A DNA stretch of 64,000 bases from Narcine bancroftii (GCF_036971445.1 NC_091477.1:93000001-93064000), one strand, 5' to 3'. Numbered from the stretch's first letter, positions 38,567 to 51,334 are shown. Numbers and translations are program-made. The notes: generated from the letters alone by a model not told the origin.

Positions 38567-40096
38567 AGTTTAGATGGCACCTAGACCCAGCGATCAACAA
38601 ACAAGCAGAAGTCAACACAGTCGCTCTCAAGCTGCCGACCTTCTGGACAAATTGACATGTGGTTTGACCAGGCTGAGGTACAGTGCAAGATCTGGCAGAT
38701 CATAGCAGATTCCACCCAGTACTACCAAGTGGTGAGCACCCTGGACCAGGATACATCAGGCCAGGTGGCCAACTTCATTCAGGAGCCCCCATCAGAAGGC
38801 TCATTCACTGCCTTCCAGGACTTGGTCATCGAGACCTTCAGGCTCTCACTGCATGAGAGAGGCACATCTGCTCCACCTGGATGGGTTAGGGGACAGGCCC
38901 CCGTTAGCCCTCATGAATGAGATGCTGGCCTTCCTGGGCAAACACGAGACCTCCATCATGTTTGAGCAGGCATTCCTGAAGCAACTGCCTGAGGACATCC
39001 AACTGCTCCTGGCTGGTTTTTGACTCCATCCACGGACTGGCTCACCCATCCCTCAGAACCATGGTCTGGGGGGTGGTCAGCAAATACATGTGGCATGGAT
39101 TGTGGAAGCAGGTCAGCAGATGGGCGATGTGCAATCAGTGCCAAACAATCAAGGAACAGCAGCACACCAAGACCCCACCTCAGCACTTCAAGCCCACAGA
39201 ACGAAGATTTGACCACATCCATGTGGACCTTGCTGGTATCCAAAGGTTTTGGCTATCTATTCACAATGGTCAACCGCTTCACCAGTTGGCCAGAAGCAGT
39301 CCTGCTGGCAGACACATCCACAACCTCATGTGTCAGGGCCTTCATCTTGTCCTGGGTGGCACGGTTTGGATTACCGTCCCACATCACATCCAATAGATGG
39401 GCCCAGTTCACCTCCAGTCTGTGGTCCAACCTCAACAGCCTGTGGCGTGCCCAGCTGCATCACACAACAGCTTACCACCCACAGTCCAATGGGTTGGTGG
39501 AGTGCTTTTACAGGCACGTCAAAATTGCGCTCATGACCAGTCTCCAAGGACCCAACTGGGTAGACAAGCTACCATGGGCACTGTTGGGCATTCACATGGC
39601 ACCCAAGGAGGACCTCAACACCTTTGGCCAAACTCATCTACAGAGCTCTACTGGTGGTCCCGGGAGAATTTGTACCATCTCCAGGCAGACAGCAGGACAA
39701 TTGCAGCATTCCTTAGTAGGCTAAGAGAAAGAGTCGGCAACCTGACCCCAATTCCACCTTCCAGGTTTGGTCACACAAGGACCAACATACCCAAGGACCT
39801 GTAGGACTATGAGTATGTTTTCATTCACAGGGGTCCATATCGTCCACTGCTTCAGAGGCCATACGAGGGTCTGTTCTGGGTCATCTGCAACAATGGGGCC
39901 ACATTCAAGCTGGAGGTCAGAGGCAAGACAGGAGTCTTCACCACAGACAGGCTGAAGCTGGCACACCTAGACCTGGTGTGCCCAGTCTAGACATCAGCAC
40001 CACGCTGAAGAGGCAGGCCACTGAAGGCTGCAAAGACTTTGCCTCCAGGCACTAAGGACAATAACAAGGACAATACCGCCATTCTGGGGGAGGTCA

Positions 40097-40475
40097 CATG
40101 GTGGCCTGCTGCAGCAGCAATTGAAGTAGCAATCCAAACATTAAGAGCAACCAAAGGCCATCAGCACTTGCAGCGGCACTGGCCCTAACAAGCGATCCGG
40201 CGGGTGAACGGCAAGGGCAGCTTAAAGGCCAGGAACCCCATAATGGCTCTGGCCTTGCTGCACAGCCAAAAGACAGGGAAAGCACGTGGGGTAGAAGGGC
40301 ATTGTTTTTCAGGAAAAAACCCACTTTTGTTATGCATGTTGTGATGTCAGCCAAGGGGGGCTACGATAGGAACATTGCAAGTATAAAAGTAGGGCCTGAG
40401 CCCCAATAAAACTCAAAGCTTAACCTGACTACACTCTGTGTCTGTGTGTCTTCTTTTCAGTAGTGTGCAGCTACA
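40097..40475 (+). repeat. 3' LTR (379 bp)
   Basis: Follows the PPT. Shares GGCAAGGGCAGCTTAAAGGCCAG and GTATAAAAGT.GGGCCTGAGCCC.AATAAAA with the 5' LTR. Ends GCTACA. Confidence 0.9.
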
Positions 40476-40847
40476 TGCATTTCATTTTATGCAACCCTTG
40501 AAAGGATAAAGGATCTTTGGCACAAATTTCCTAACTTCAGTGCTGAGGGTTAAGTGGTTTCCTGGGATATTGCTGTAAGGATATCTCTGGCCACATCATT
40601 TATCCTGGGGACATAAATGATAAACTTATTAAATCCAAATCTGGTAATATCAGTATTGCATTCTGCTTTGCAGAGTAAAAGTTTCGGCTTGCGCGGAAAT
40701 GACATTCTCTTCAAGAAAACATTTTCTCCAATTTTGAAAATACAACTGGTTTTGCTGTTAAACAAAAGCTCCATTGTAACTTTAATCAGTTGGTGAGCCA
40801 TAATCAAAATATCAATCTTACTGATGGAATTTTCCAATTTAATATAG

Positions 40848-41531
40848 AACTTCATGAGGGAGTCAGGGGAACACAACCCAGTCCTCATCGAGGGCTCACT
40901 AGTGGAGAAGGTCAAGAACTTCAAATTCCTGGATGTCAACATCTTGAAGGATCTGTCCTGGAGTTTCCATGTTGACAGAATCATGAAGAAGGCCCACCAG
41001 CGGCCATAGTTCATGAAGTGCTTGAGGAGATTTAGTGTGTCACTGAAAACTCTTGAAAACATCTCCAAGTGTACTTTGGAGAGCATTCTGGCTGGTTGCA
41101 TCATTATCTGGTACGGAGTTGCCAAATCAAGGGTTGTTCACTTGTCCTAAGACATCACTGGCATCAGACTTCACTCCATCAAGGACATCTACATGAGGTG
41201 GTGTTTTAAAAAATTAGTCTCTATCCTCAAAGACCCCCACCCATCCAGGTCATGCTGTCTTCACTCTGCTACCATCAGGAAAGAGGTACAGGAGCCTAAA
41301 GATGAGCACTCAGTGACATAGGGACCGCTTCTCCCCCCCTGCCATCAGATTTCTGAATGATCAATGAACCAAAGACACTGCCTTACTTTTTGTGCATTAC
41401 TATTTTAATTTTTATTTTTTATATTATTGTTGTAAGATGGTTCATAATATGAATATTTACACTGTGACGCTGCCGCAAAACACCAAATTTTGTGACTTGT
41501 TCATGACAATAAATTCTGATTCTGATTCTGA
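40848..41531 (+). mobile_element. Rex1/Babar LINE 3' part
   Basis: Reads VEKVKNFKFLDVNI and ESILAGCI. Ends GACAATAAATTCTGATTCTGATTCTGA. Confidence 0.9.
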
Positions 41532-41544
41532 ACTACAAGCCTGA

Positions 41545-41755
41545 TTGCAACTTGCATTTGTACAGCATGTTTAAAAACCCCAAGACCTACAATACCCACA
41601 TCATCAGATCAAATTTGACATTGAAATAATTAAGTTGGACAGGAATGTTTAGTCAAGGAGGAGAGCATTAAGGAGGAGAGACAAGAGTCAGAGAGAGGTT
41701 TGTTGGGAAATTATCAAGCTCAGGGCCAGGTAGATCCATGAACCCAAGGAGATTG
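41545..41755 (-). mobile_element. L2-like 3' remnant
   Basis: CAACTTGCATTTGTACAGC (L2-type terminus) followed by GAGAGGTTTGTTGGGAAATTATCAAGCTCAGGGCC. Confidence 0.5.
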
Positions 41756-42339
41756 GAGTAAATTAGCCATGTTTTTATATTTATTTTAGTCTGAAGGCTT
41801 AGTGGTAATGTCCTCAAGAAAATCATTTTGATTCAACGTGAAAGTTTAACAAAATGTTCACCTCACTTTGAGAAAGTAGCTGAATGCCATGTTATAAAAC
41901 TTTTTACAATTCTACCTGGCTTTGCATACATGAGGCCCTTCTGGTATGACATCTGTGGCATCCTAACCAAGATCATGGGAGTCACCTTCCCAGTACCACC
42001 AACTGACTAAAATTAAATTCACAGAAATTGGTTTATGTGTGGCCCAGAAGTGCATAGCAGTAATATAGAAGTCTGACTCCCATCTGCTCATGGATAGGTG
42101 GACTTCGGAGATAAATAGCTACATACCACTTGAAAAGGTCACATACAATCTCAGGAAGGGATATAACACCTCCCTAAAAATCTGACAGCCTTATTTAGAG
42201 CATATAGGTACCACACTAATGCTAGTATAGGGTTATGATCGCTACTGGCTAGCCAGTAGACCTCTGTAAAGATTTTAACACTGTGGAGTTATTATGTCTT
42301 CATGTCTCCATATGTTTTACTCTATGTACTGACAATGGG

Positions 42340-42505
42340 ATGATTTTTTTTGTATGTTTTTTTTTCTTCATTCTTTCTCTGTTTAATAGGAAATATAGAG
42401 GGGAGGGGGTGGAGGGAGGGGGTTCTCTTGATATTTTGTATTTGGTATGATTGTTGATTGTTAAATATATTTAAAATTATACATAAAATATTACAAAAAT
42501 AAAAT
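42340..42505 (+). mobile_element. L1 3' UTR remnant
   Basis: T-rich tract, G-rich tract and A-rich tail in the same order as the L1 ends at 1-340, 11650-11877 and 12480-12670. Confidence 0.5.
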
Positions 42506-43192
42506 ACAAATTTACCTTTAAATTAAATAGATTTCCTGTATAAAATGTTGAATTGAACTTAAGTATTTTAACTTTTTGCATTTTGTTCAATGTTATGCAA
42601 TCCATTTCCAAGATGAAAATGGCAAAAAATGTTGTGCATTTTTTGAACAGGGCAAGAACTCAAATATCATAAAAACAAGAAAATACCAAACACCAAATCC
42701 CAAGATATTCTTGCAGAGAAAGCACCCTAATGTATATACCAGTGCAGCAGGGGCAGGTTGCTAGAACATGTTGATAATAAGACCCATCCTTCTATAAGTA
42801 TCAGAGATGCTAGGGGCAAGTGTCATCTGAATGCTTCTACTCATTTACTGAGATACGGATGAGCTTGATTCTGGAGTAGTCACCATTCTACATTAGCCCT
42901 GAAATTAGTTCCACTCTGTTAAAAAGGTTGTTGGAAATGAGATAAGATGTCATGTTGCAACAGAAATTATTCAGAAATATGTTGGTTCTATGGCACAGTC
43001 TTTTTTAACATCAATTTTCACTGAGAATAGTTCTGTTGTAAACTCATCAGATAGTATTTAACAAATATAAAATGGAGATTTTGAAAAGCATGTTCACCAA
43101 CTCCTCTCTATTGCATGGTTAAAGGCCTTGGTAGACACAAAAAGCCATGTTCAATTATGTTTTTACATAGAACTTGTATGATTTTTCCTTAC

Positions 43193-43360
43193 CTTCCGGG
43201 AGTGGCTGATCACACAGGAATGAGCAAAACTCCAAATATCTGTATCACATCGCAAGTTTAGACAGAATGCCTGAAGTGCAGTATTTAAGAAGGCTGGATG
43301 TCCTATTCAGTAGCCCATTGTTCACGGATCGCCTGGAGTTCAGTTTAGACTGCAGACACT
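43193..43360 (-). other. Candidate non-coding exon (168 nt)
   Basis: Minus-strand acceptor TTAGTTATTTTCACAG| and donor AAG|GTAAGG. Not repeat-like, retains several CpGs, stops in all three frames. Confidence 0.25.
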
Positions 43361-43524
43361 CTGTGAAAATAACTAAGGGTCAAGGTGGTAAAATGTCAGA
43401 ATGGAAATGAGTCCTTAATGCAGTTCCAATCTTTTTACACAGACTGCATTCTGGGAAAATTGGAATAAGTTCCTGGAAGGCAGCAGCTGTGTAAAAAGCA
43501 TAAATGATTAATGGTCTTTTTTTT

Positions 43525-43940
43525 AGTAAAATCACACAGAAATGATGGAGGAACTCAGCCTGTTCAGAGGAGGTAAAAATATATTACCAACATTTCGGAC
43601 ATGAACCATTTTTTAAGGAATAAGCAATGAACAGGAAGATGTAAGAATACAAACTAAAGACTGCCTGAGAGAGGAGTCCAGACCAACAAAATGTGTAAGG
43701 GAAGAGAGAGAGATTGAGCTAGGGGAAAGGAGACAGGAAGAATCAGGGGGGGTAGGTTTAACAGAAACCAGAGAAATCTATGTTAATGCCATCCATTTGG
43801 AGGTTGCCCAGACAGAAGATGAGGTGCTGTTCCCTTGATTTGTGGTTGTCTCTGTCTGGCAGTGCACGAGACCATTGACAGACATGTCAACAAGGGAATG
43901 GGACAGGGAATTGAAATGAGTTGCCTCTGGGAGATCCATG
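43525..43940 (-). mobile_element. Penelope 3' fragment with terminal repeat
   Basis: GAAATGATGGAGGAACTCAGC...TGTTAATGCCATCC...GAAGATGAGGTGCTGTTCC (EQHLIF on the minus strand). Confidence 0.8.
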
Positions 43941-46304
43941 TGATTATTTTCATTTTTAGAGCTGTGGAACAGTGAATATCATGTTTATGTGCCTTCAGAT
44001 CAAATTAATCCGCATTGTGATTTGAGGATTTTCTCCTGAGTCAATTGGAGGAGGTAGTTGATAAAGGACCGTAACAATGACCTTCCACATCTCTGACAGC
44101 CGGGAGAGCCCTCAATAATTACTAAAATCAGACCTATTCTTTTTAAAAGATGATCATGATTATAACATATCTGAGATCTCTGAACATATCTTTGATGAGA
44201 TTGTGGATTCATGACTGAAGCTCTTCAGCGCTATGTTTTAGGACTTCAGTTGAATCCATCTTTCCTTGAGGCCTTTTACTTTTTAGTTGGGGTATCTTTT
44301 CCTTTTCAAATTCTAGTTGTTCAGCAATGGTGGCAAGGCTGAAACAAGGGACTTGCTCTGTGATGGAGTCAATGTATCTTGTGTCAATGAGAGAGTCACT
44401 GTTGAGAATTTTGGGTGGGGGGGGAGGGTTTTACTTCAATCTAGAATTCCAGGGATTGCCTCAATGAGGTCGAGACTTGGGTTTTGGTTCCAGGTGGCTG
44501 GCCAATGTTGAACAACTCTTTCAAGTCAAGAATGGCAATGCCACAAAGCCTTCTGCTCACTTTTCATCCACCATGTGATCATGAGGTCCTACATTTTCTG
44601 ATAGTTTTTCCCTTCAGGTATGTACAGAACATTTTTTTACTATTGAGGGAGTTTCCAATCTGAGAATGTCTTAAAATTGTGGTTCATTCTCTCTTTAATC
44701 CCCTAGTCGTTCTCACCAAACCAACCTTGCTTCATCGTAAAGACAAATGGATCTTCACAGGCAGTAAACTACAGGACAGCTCAAAAACTGTGGGCACTTT
44801 GTGGCTCCTGTCTTCATGCAACTTAAAAGTTCCTTTCTCACCTTCCCATAGTGATATATTTGAAATTTAAAGTCTTTCATTCACACATATTAATGCTCAA
44901 GCTCATGTTGTAGACAGAAATGTGCTTCATACACCTTTCTATAATTTAGCCAGTATTCTCAATTTTGGGACGCGTAGCAAAAGATTCATCACTATGACTC
45001 ATTTCTCAAGAGTGTGTGGTGTTGAAAAGATAATTACTCTATCATTTGCTTTGTGACACAAGACCAAAATAGTAGTGCAAAAGTGTCACCTTCTGGTTCT
45101 AAAACAAATAACGTCAATGAAAATGTAAAGAGGATTTCTTAATTGTTTAAAATAAATTTGGGCATTTTATTACTCAATCTTTAAATTGAGGAAAGTTTAA
45201 CTGGATACCATTCAAACACAGAGAATGGATGAGCAGGAAAGAAAGGCCATAAAGCAGAAATATTGAAGTGGTGAAGAAAATTTTATAAAACCTCATCATT
45301 TAATTGCCTTTGTTGCTGGCTGGGCATGCAGTTGCACAGTTAGATTTCCAAATATCTTGCTGTGAACTGAAAATGGTGCAACTGAGAGGAGACTGAATAG
45401 GCCAACAAACTCTGCTCTACTTACCTACACATTCCCTAAATCATTCAGATTGATAGATTGTGATATGAGTCATGGAGGCACAGAGGTGGAAATCAATCAG
45501 AGTGGGGCAATTCAATGCCAAATTAAATACAAAGACAAAAAAAAAGAAAGAAAGATCAGATGGAGGAATAAATTGAAGATATTAAGGTATGAACAAGAAT
45601 CCGGTGTAACTGGAGAGAGGATTACAGAGTTTTTCGTTTAGTTTCCATCATCTTTCTTGATGATTTTTTTTAAAATCATAATACTAAAGACCAACTCTGC
45701 CCACAAAACTGACCCACCCTCAGGTTACAATGAGTCAGATATCTTAAAGTACTAGTCATTTAGATAAAAGAGTCTGATAGTTTTAATGTCCAAATGAACC
45801 ATAGAAGCATCTCAATGCTTTAAAATCCAGAGACTAAAATTCACAATGCCAGGTGCTGAATTAATTAGCTTTCATACATAATGAATTATTGTAGTCAGCT
45901 CTTCATGATGTTGTAAGATCCAGTCTAATGGGATCCAATGAATATATATTTAAAATTACTAATTGTCTCAATGGTTATTAGTATTATTCAATGATGTACA
46001 ATTTACACTCCTGGGATATCTATTACTGCAATATAATTACAGTCAAAATGAATAATAAATGGTGTAATTAACAGAATACATATACAGAATGTATATGTAT
46101 TGACAATACCCACAATGCAAAATCCCTCCAGGTATGAGCTATCTTTTCGATAATTGTTCATCAATGAGCCAAGAGTTCTCTCTAAACTGAATTGTATAGC
46201 CTAAACCAGCCTATGCCAATACTCACAGTACATTGATAAAAGGAATAATTGAGACTATAATGATCTTTTTTTGTAAGATTATTACAAATCTACAGAATGA
46301 TTTA

Positions 46305-46522
46305 GCTTAACAGTTAGCACAATACTATTACAGCAACAATGACTGGGGTTTGAATCTGATGCTCTCTGTAAGAAGTTTGTACGTTCTTCCCGTGTCTGTT
46401 GGGTTTTCCCTGGGTGCTCCGGTTTCATCCCACCCTTGAAATCATAAAGGGTTGTATGTTAATTGGCTTAATTAGGTGGCACAGGCTCGTGGGCTGGAAG
46501 GGCCTGTTAACATGCTGTACGT
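46305..46522 (+). mobile_element. V-SINE (HE1-like)
   Basis: GGGGTTTGAATC B-box-like motif, core TGTAAGAAGTTTGTACGTTCTTCCCGTG...GGGTGCTCCGGTTTCATCCCAC, CR1-like tail GAAGGGCCTGTT. Confidence 0.85.
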
Positions 46523-46631
46523 ATAATTTTAAAATGTAAACTTTTTAAATTTAAATTTGAATTGTAATCAAACCTTTTAATGATAAATTATAATTAAATT
46601 GTATTTTTTAATTTTTTTTTTAAATTTAGAT

Positions 46632-46845
46632 ATACAGCACAGTACCAGACCCTTCTGACTGCCCAAATACCCCAATTAATCTCAAACCCTCATTTTAGAG
46701 GATGGGAGGAAATCGGAGCCGCTGGTGAAAACCCATGCAGACCCGGAGAGAAAGTACAAACTCCTTACAGTAAGCACCAGACTTCAGCCCATGTCATTCG
46801 TGCTGTAATAACATTGTGCTAACCACTACTTTAATTGTACTGCCC
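46632..46845 (-). mobile_element. V-SINE (HE1-like), inverted relative to its neighbour
   Basis: GGGAGGAAATCGGAGC...AAAACCCATGCAGAC...GTACAAACTCCTTACAG...GCTAACCACTAC. Confidence 0.85.
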
Positions 46846-48625
46846 AAACCATAGAACCATAGAATGCCAGAGGACAGGAAACAGGCCATTTGGCCCCTCT
46901 AGTCTGTGCTGACCATCATCTCTCTAGTCCCACTGAACTGCTCCCATACCATAACCCTTCAGGCCTCTCACATCTATGAACCTATCCAATTTACTTTTAA
47001 AACACACAATCGAGCCTGCATTCACCACGTCACATGGCACCTCATTCCATGCTCCCACCACCCTGTATGGAAAAACTTCCCCCTAATGTTCCCCCTTAAA
47101 CATCTCCCCCTTCATCTTAAAACTATGACCTCTCACATTTATCTCCTCCCAATCTAAGTGGAAAAAGCTTATTTGCATCCAGACTGTCCATACCTCTCAT
47201 AATCTTGTAAACCTCTATCAAATCTCCCCACATTCTTCTTTCCTCCAAGGAATAAAGTCCTAACCTGTCCATGTTTCTCAACCCCTGAAGACCCAGCCAC
47301 ATTCTAGTAAATCTGCACTTTTTCAATCTTATCGATATCCTTCCTGTAGTTAGGTGCCCAGAATTGCACACAATATTCCAAATTTGGCTTTATCAATATC
47401 TTAAACAACTTCAACATAACATCCAAACATCTATACTCAATACTTTGATTTATAAGGGCTAAGATACCAAAAGCTTTCTTTACAACCCTGTCCACATGCG
47501 ACTCCACCTTTAGGGAACAATGTAGCTACACACCTAAATCCCTCTTCTCCTCCACAGGCCTCAGTGCCTTATCATTTACTGTATATCTCCTACCTTGGTT
47601 TTCTCTTTCAAAATGCATCACCTCACATTTGTCTGCATTAAAGTCCATCTGCCACTTTCTGGCCCATTCTCCTTGCTGGTCCAGATTCCCCTGCAAGCTT
47701 TGAAAATCTTCCTCACTGTTCATAATGCCTCCTATCTTTGTGTCATCAGCAAACTTGCTCAACCAACTCACAACATTATCATCCAGATCATTGATATATA
47801 CAACAAACAACACAGATCCCTAGGGCACACCACTAGTCACAGGCCATCAGTCCGAAAAGCAACCATGCACTACCACCCTCTGCCTTCTCCCACACAGCCA
47901 ATTTCGAATTCTTGAATACCTAGTGTCATAACCTTCTGAACTAGCCTGCTACGTGGGACCTTGTCATAGGCTTTACTAAAGTCCATGAAGACAACATCCA
48001 CAGCCTTTCCTTCATTCACCTTCCTTCATTCAGCTCCACAAGATTTGTTAAGCACATCGTACCACTCTTAAAGCCATGCTGATTATCCTTAATCAGTCCA
48101 GGACTGTCCAAATATCTATATATCCTGTGTCTTAGAACTCCTTCCAATATTTTACCTACTGCTGATGTCAGGCTTACCAGCCTATAATTACCTGGTTTGT
48201 TTTTGGAGCTTTTTTTAAAACAACAGGACAACATGAGCTACCCTCCAATCCTCTGCACCTTACCCATGGCTAAGGACATTTTAAATATTATCAGCCAGGG
48301 CCCCTGAAATTTCCACACTAATCACCCTCAAGTTCCGAGGGAATATCATATCAAACCCAGATGATTTATCTACCTTTATTCACTGTAAGGCAGCAAACAC
48401 CTCTTTCTCTTTAATCTCCATCTGCTCCATAACTTTTCTGTTTGTTTCCCTTCCTTCCTTAACAACTATGCCAATTTCCTGAGTAAATATTGATGCAAAA
48501 AAAAACTATTTAAGATCGCCCCCATTTCTTGAGGCTCCACATAGAGTTGGCCACTCTGATCCTCAAGGGGACCAATTTTGTCAATTTCTATTCTTTTACT
48601 CTAATACACATATAGAACCTTCCAT
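46846..48625 (-). mobile_element. CR1 LINE, about 1.8 kb RT region and 3' end
   Basis: ORFs YINDLDDNVVSWLSKFADDTKIGG, LEYCVQFWAPNYRKD, LGLYSLEERRMWGDLIEVYKIM, PGNYRLVSLTS. Octamer tail (AACCATAG)2. Confidence 0.93.
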
Positions 48626-48632
48626 CTTATTT

Positions 48633-49540
48633 TGTGAAGTTAAAAATCTTTTGCCTGTGTTTCGTCACAGACCAGCAGCAATAGAAATTCACCAAGGCAG
48701 TGTTATATTTTTAATTTAAAACATTAAAATTATTAATAACTATTAATAATATAACACATTAATCCAATCAACCCCAACTATGTGTGAACGTACTTGTGTG
48801 TGTTTGAGTCTGTGTGAGATACCCAAACCATTACAGCTTAGGCACAATTCTGGAAAGTCATTCCAAAGTTCAGTCTTAGAAATCCATGGTCAAATCGCAG
48901 ACTTTTAAACTAATGCATAGAAGTAATTACGAAGGAGATGGGAGAGACTGAATGACTGGTCTGCCAAAAACTCATGAATCCTCATCGAGTTTCTTCAAGA
49001 GAAATACTTTTTGTACAAACAGTTATCACAACTCCCCTTTTCCTTGCATAGGGGAAACAATGCTTCCAAAACCCAGGTACGGGTCAAGCAAAGTGTCCTT
49101 TCCTTTGGTCATGGTGGGGTTCAATAATTCCCCAACAAGAGAATCAGCCAAATTGTCCATTATCACACTATCATTCCTGCACGGTGTTCGATGAGATGGC
49201 CGCTGGTCGATTATGTGCTGTTTCTTCAGTGTTCCACTCTCATGACTCTCTCACCACCCTGTAAAAAGCAACAAATGTTCTTTCTTCTCGCTAAAGTAGT
49301 GAATTTGAGTAGAGCTTGTACTAGCTGTTGCTACCCAGTCTTTTCCCAGCTGTTAATGGTTGCAGCCTGTGCTAGTCCTTAAAGTGATACTCACACTAAA
49401 TGAAATGGGAGCTCATAATACCTGCTATTTACATTAAAACTGTTATTATACAAATTATGCAAAGCCAGAGAAACCTTTTCAATAACTAGAGATGCTCAGG
49501 AAATCTCTGAATCCAACACTTTAATGACTATGTGTTACTA
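48633..49540 (-). mobile_element. Probable solo LTR, related to 61655-62754
   Basis: CAGCAGCAATAGAAATTCACCAAG (about 48673-48696) is the reverse complement of CTTGGTGAATTTCTATTGCTGCTG (62703-62726). Far boundary uncertain. Confidence 0.5.
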
Positions 49541-49834
49541 ATTGCTGCAACTCCTGCAAAAGTGAGCTCCCAGTTGTAGACACAAAATAGTTATTTGTAA
49601 ATGTTTCAAATTCAGAATATGGTGAAGTCAGAATTCATTCCCATCCTCCTTTTTATCTCCCCTTCCCACATTAGTCTCAATAAAGGGATCCAACCCAAAA
49701 CATTTACTGACCACATCTCTTCATGAACACTGACTTATTGAGTTCCTCCACATTTTAATTGTTTGCTTTATCCGAAGCAAGTTCAGGAGTGGTATAGAAA
49801 TTGTAATTAGTGTCTATGGTTCTGAACCATTTCA

Positions 49835-51310
49835 TTTGAATGGAATTGAATTGGATTGTTTCTTTATTGTTAGAAGCAGCAAGATACAGTGAAAAACTTT
49901 GTTTTGCATGCCATCCAGGCAAGTTAACCCATAATTAAATACAAAAGGTAATCCAAAAATAAAGCAAAAATGCAATATATAATGTGACAGAGATAAGTTT
50001 GGTCGTCTTTTCCTCATAATAGATCTATTCTAGTCTGATAACAGCAGGAAAGAAATTGTCCTTGAATCTAGTGTTAGGTGTTTACTGCTTAATGTGAGGG
50101 GGGAGAAGAGAGTATCTGGCATGGGTTGCGTTCTATAATGTTTGGGCTGATTTCTTGAGGCATTGTGAACTGTAAACTGAGTCAGTGGAAGAGAGAGGTT
50201 GGTTTGTGTATTGTGCTGACTGTGTTCACAACCGTACAATTTCTTGCAGACTTGGACAGAACAGCTCCCATACTAAACAGTGATGCATCGGAACAGGATA
50301 TTTTTTATAGTGCATCCACAAAAATTAGTAAGTGACCTTGGGTACATATTGCATTTCCATATGCTTCTGAGGAAGTAGAGTCTGTAATATAGTCAGGATA
50401 ATGTGAACTATTGTGTAACCATGTAAGAATACACCCTTCTCAATGTAGTAACTGTGGTGCACCACTGTGGGGCATATGTATATGCCTATGTGTGTGCATG
50501 AACAGTTTTCTGAGATGGTGGAAGACATCAGTAAGTAAACACTCTTCTGTTATTTGAATCTTGCATCTCAAGTTATTTAAGAAGCCTCCCAAGTAACACA
50601 GAGACATAACAGAGGCATTGGTGCATTTATCAGCTGCGATGTCATTGCGAGTGAATCAAACAAACTTTTGGTGATATTTACACTTAAAAACGTGAAGCTC
50701 TTCACCATTGCCATCTCAGCTTAATTGATACAAATGGGCTGTGTTCTCCCTGCTTTTTGAAATTGATAACTAAATTCTTCATTGAGTGAGAGGTTATTAT
50801 CATGACACCATGCTACTGGATACTCAGTCTCCTACTGTACTTCATCTCCTCATTGTTTGAGATCTGATCTACTACAGCAGTGTCATCTGCAAACATCTAA
50901 ATAGAGATAGGGTGATGTTTGGCCACATAGACATTAGTGTACAACTAATTACAAAAGGGCTGAATACACAACCTTACAGGGCACCAATGTTGAGGAACAT
51001 TATGTGGGAGATGCCACTTACTGCAGCGGCCAGGACAGCAGAAGGTGGTGCTGAGGCCCAGTTGCAAGAGTTTGTTTGGACTCTGCTGTCGAAGGTGTAG
51101 CTATGTTCAATAAGTAGGGGTCTGACATAGATATTCTTGTTATCCATTTGTTCAAGGGCTGAGTGTAGGTCCAGGGAAAAGGTCTCTGCAGTGGACCTGT
51201 TGTGATGCAATTCATTAATGCTGTCTGGGAGGAGGGAGTCAATGTCATCCATGACCAGCCTCTCAAAGCACTTCATGACGGTTGAAGTCAGGATTATAGG
51301 GGTCTTCTTG
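49835..51310 (-). mobile_element. Rex1/Babar LINE (RT to 3' end), interrupted by a solo LTR
   Basis: ORF MKCFERLV...HNRST...YVRPLLIEHSYTFDS. TGTCATCTGCAAAC encodes FADD on the minus strand. (AATTG)n-like tail. Confidence 0.85.
50383..50611 (+). mobile_element. Short solo LTR (229 bp, TG...CA)
   Basis: Starts TGTAAT and ends ATAACA. 5-bp TSD GAGTC/GAGGC. Rex1 sequence GGAAGTAGAGGCATTGGTG is restored when it is removed. Confidence 0.8.
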
Positions 51311-51334
51311 AAGCAAATGGGAATTTAAGATTGT

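Larger units (their letters stand above)
38166..40475 (+). mobile_element. Gypsy LTR retrotransposon with two LTRs, internally deleted (gag 5' part fused to integrase)
   Basis: LTRs at 38166-38551 and 40097-40475, 4-bp TSD TGCA on both sides, PBS TGGTGACCC, PPT GGGGGAGG at about 40086-40093. Gag VALKLPTFW / WFDQAEVQ. Integrase HIHVDL, TTAYHPQSNGLVE. No PR, RT or RNase H. Confidence 0.93.

Noticed and set aside
40550-41125. 191-aa minus-strand ORF
   Set aside because: The first half is antisense Rex1 and the second half has no recognisable domain or clear splice signals.
46305-46360. tRNA genes in SINE heads (also about 2500-2570 and 60500-60565)
   Set aside because: Degenerate, no full cloverleaf, and continuous with the SINE body.
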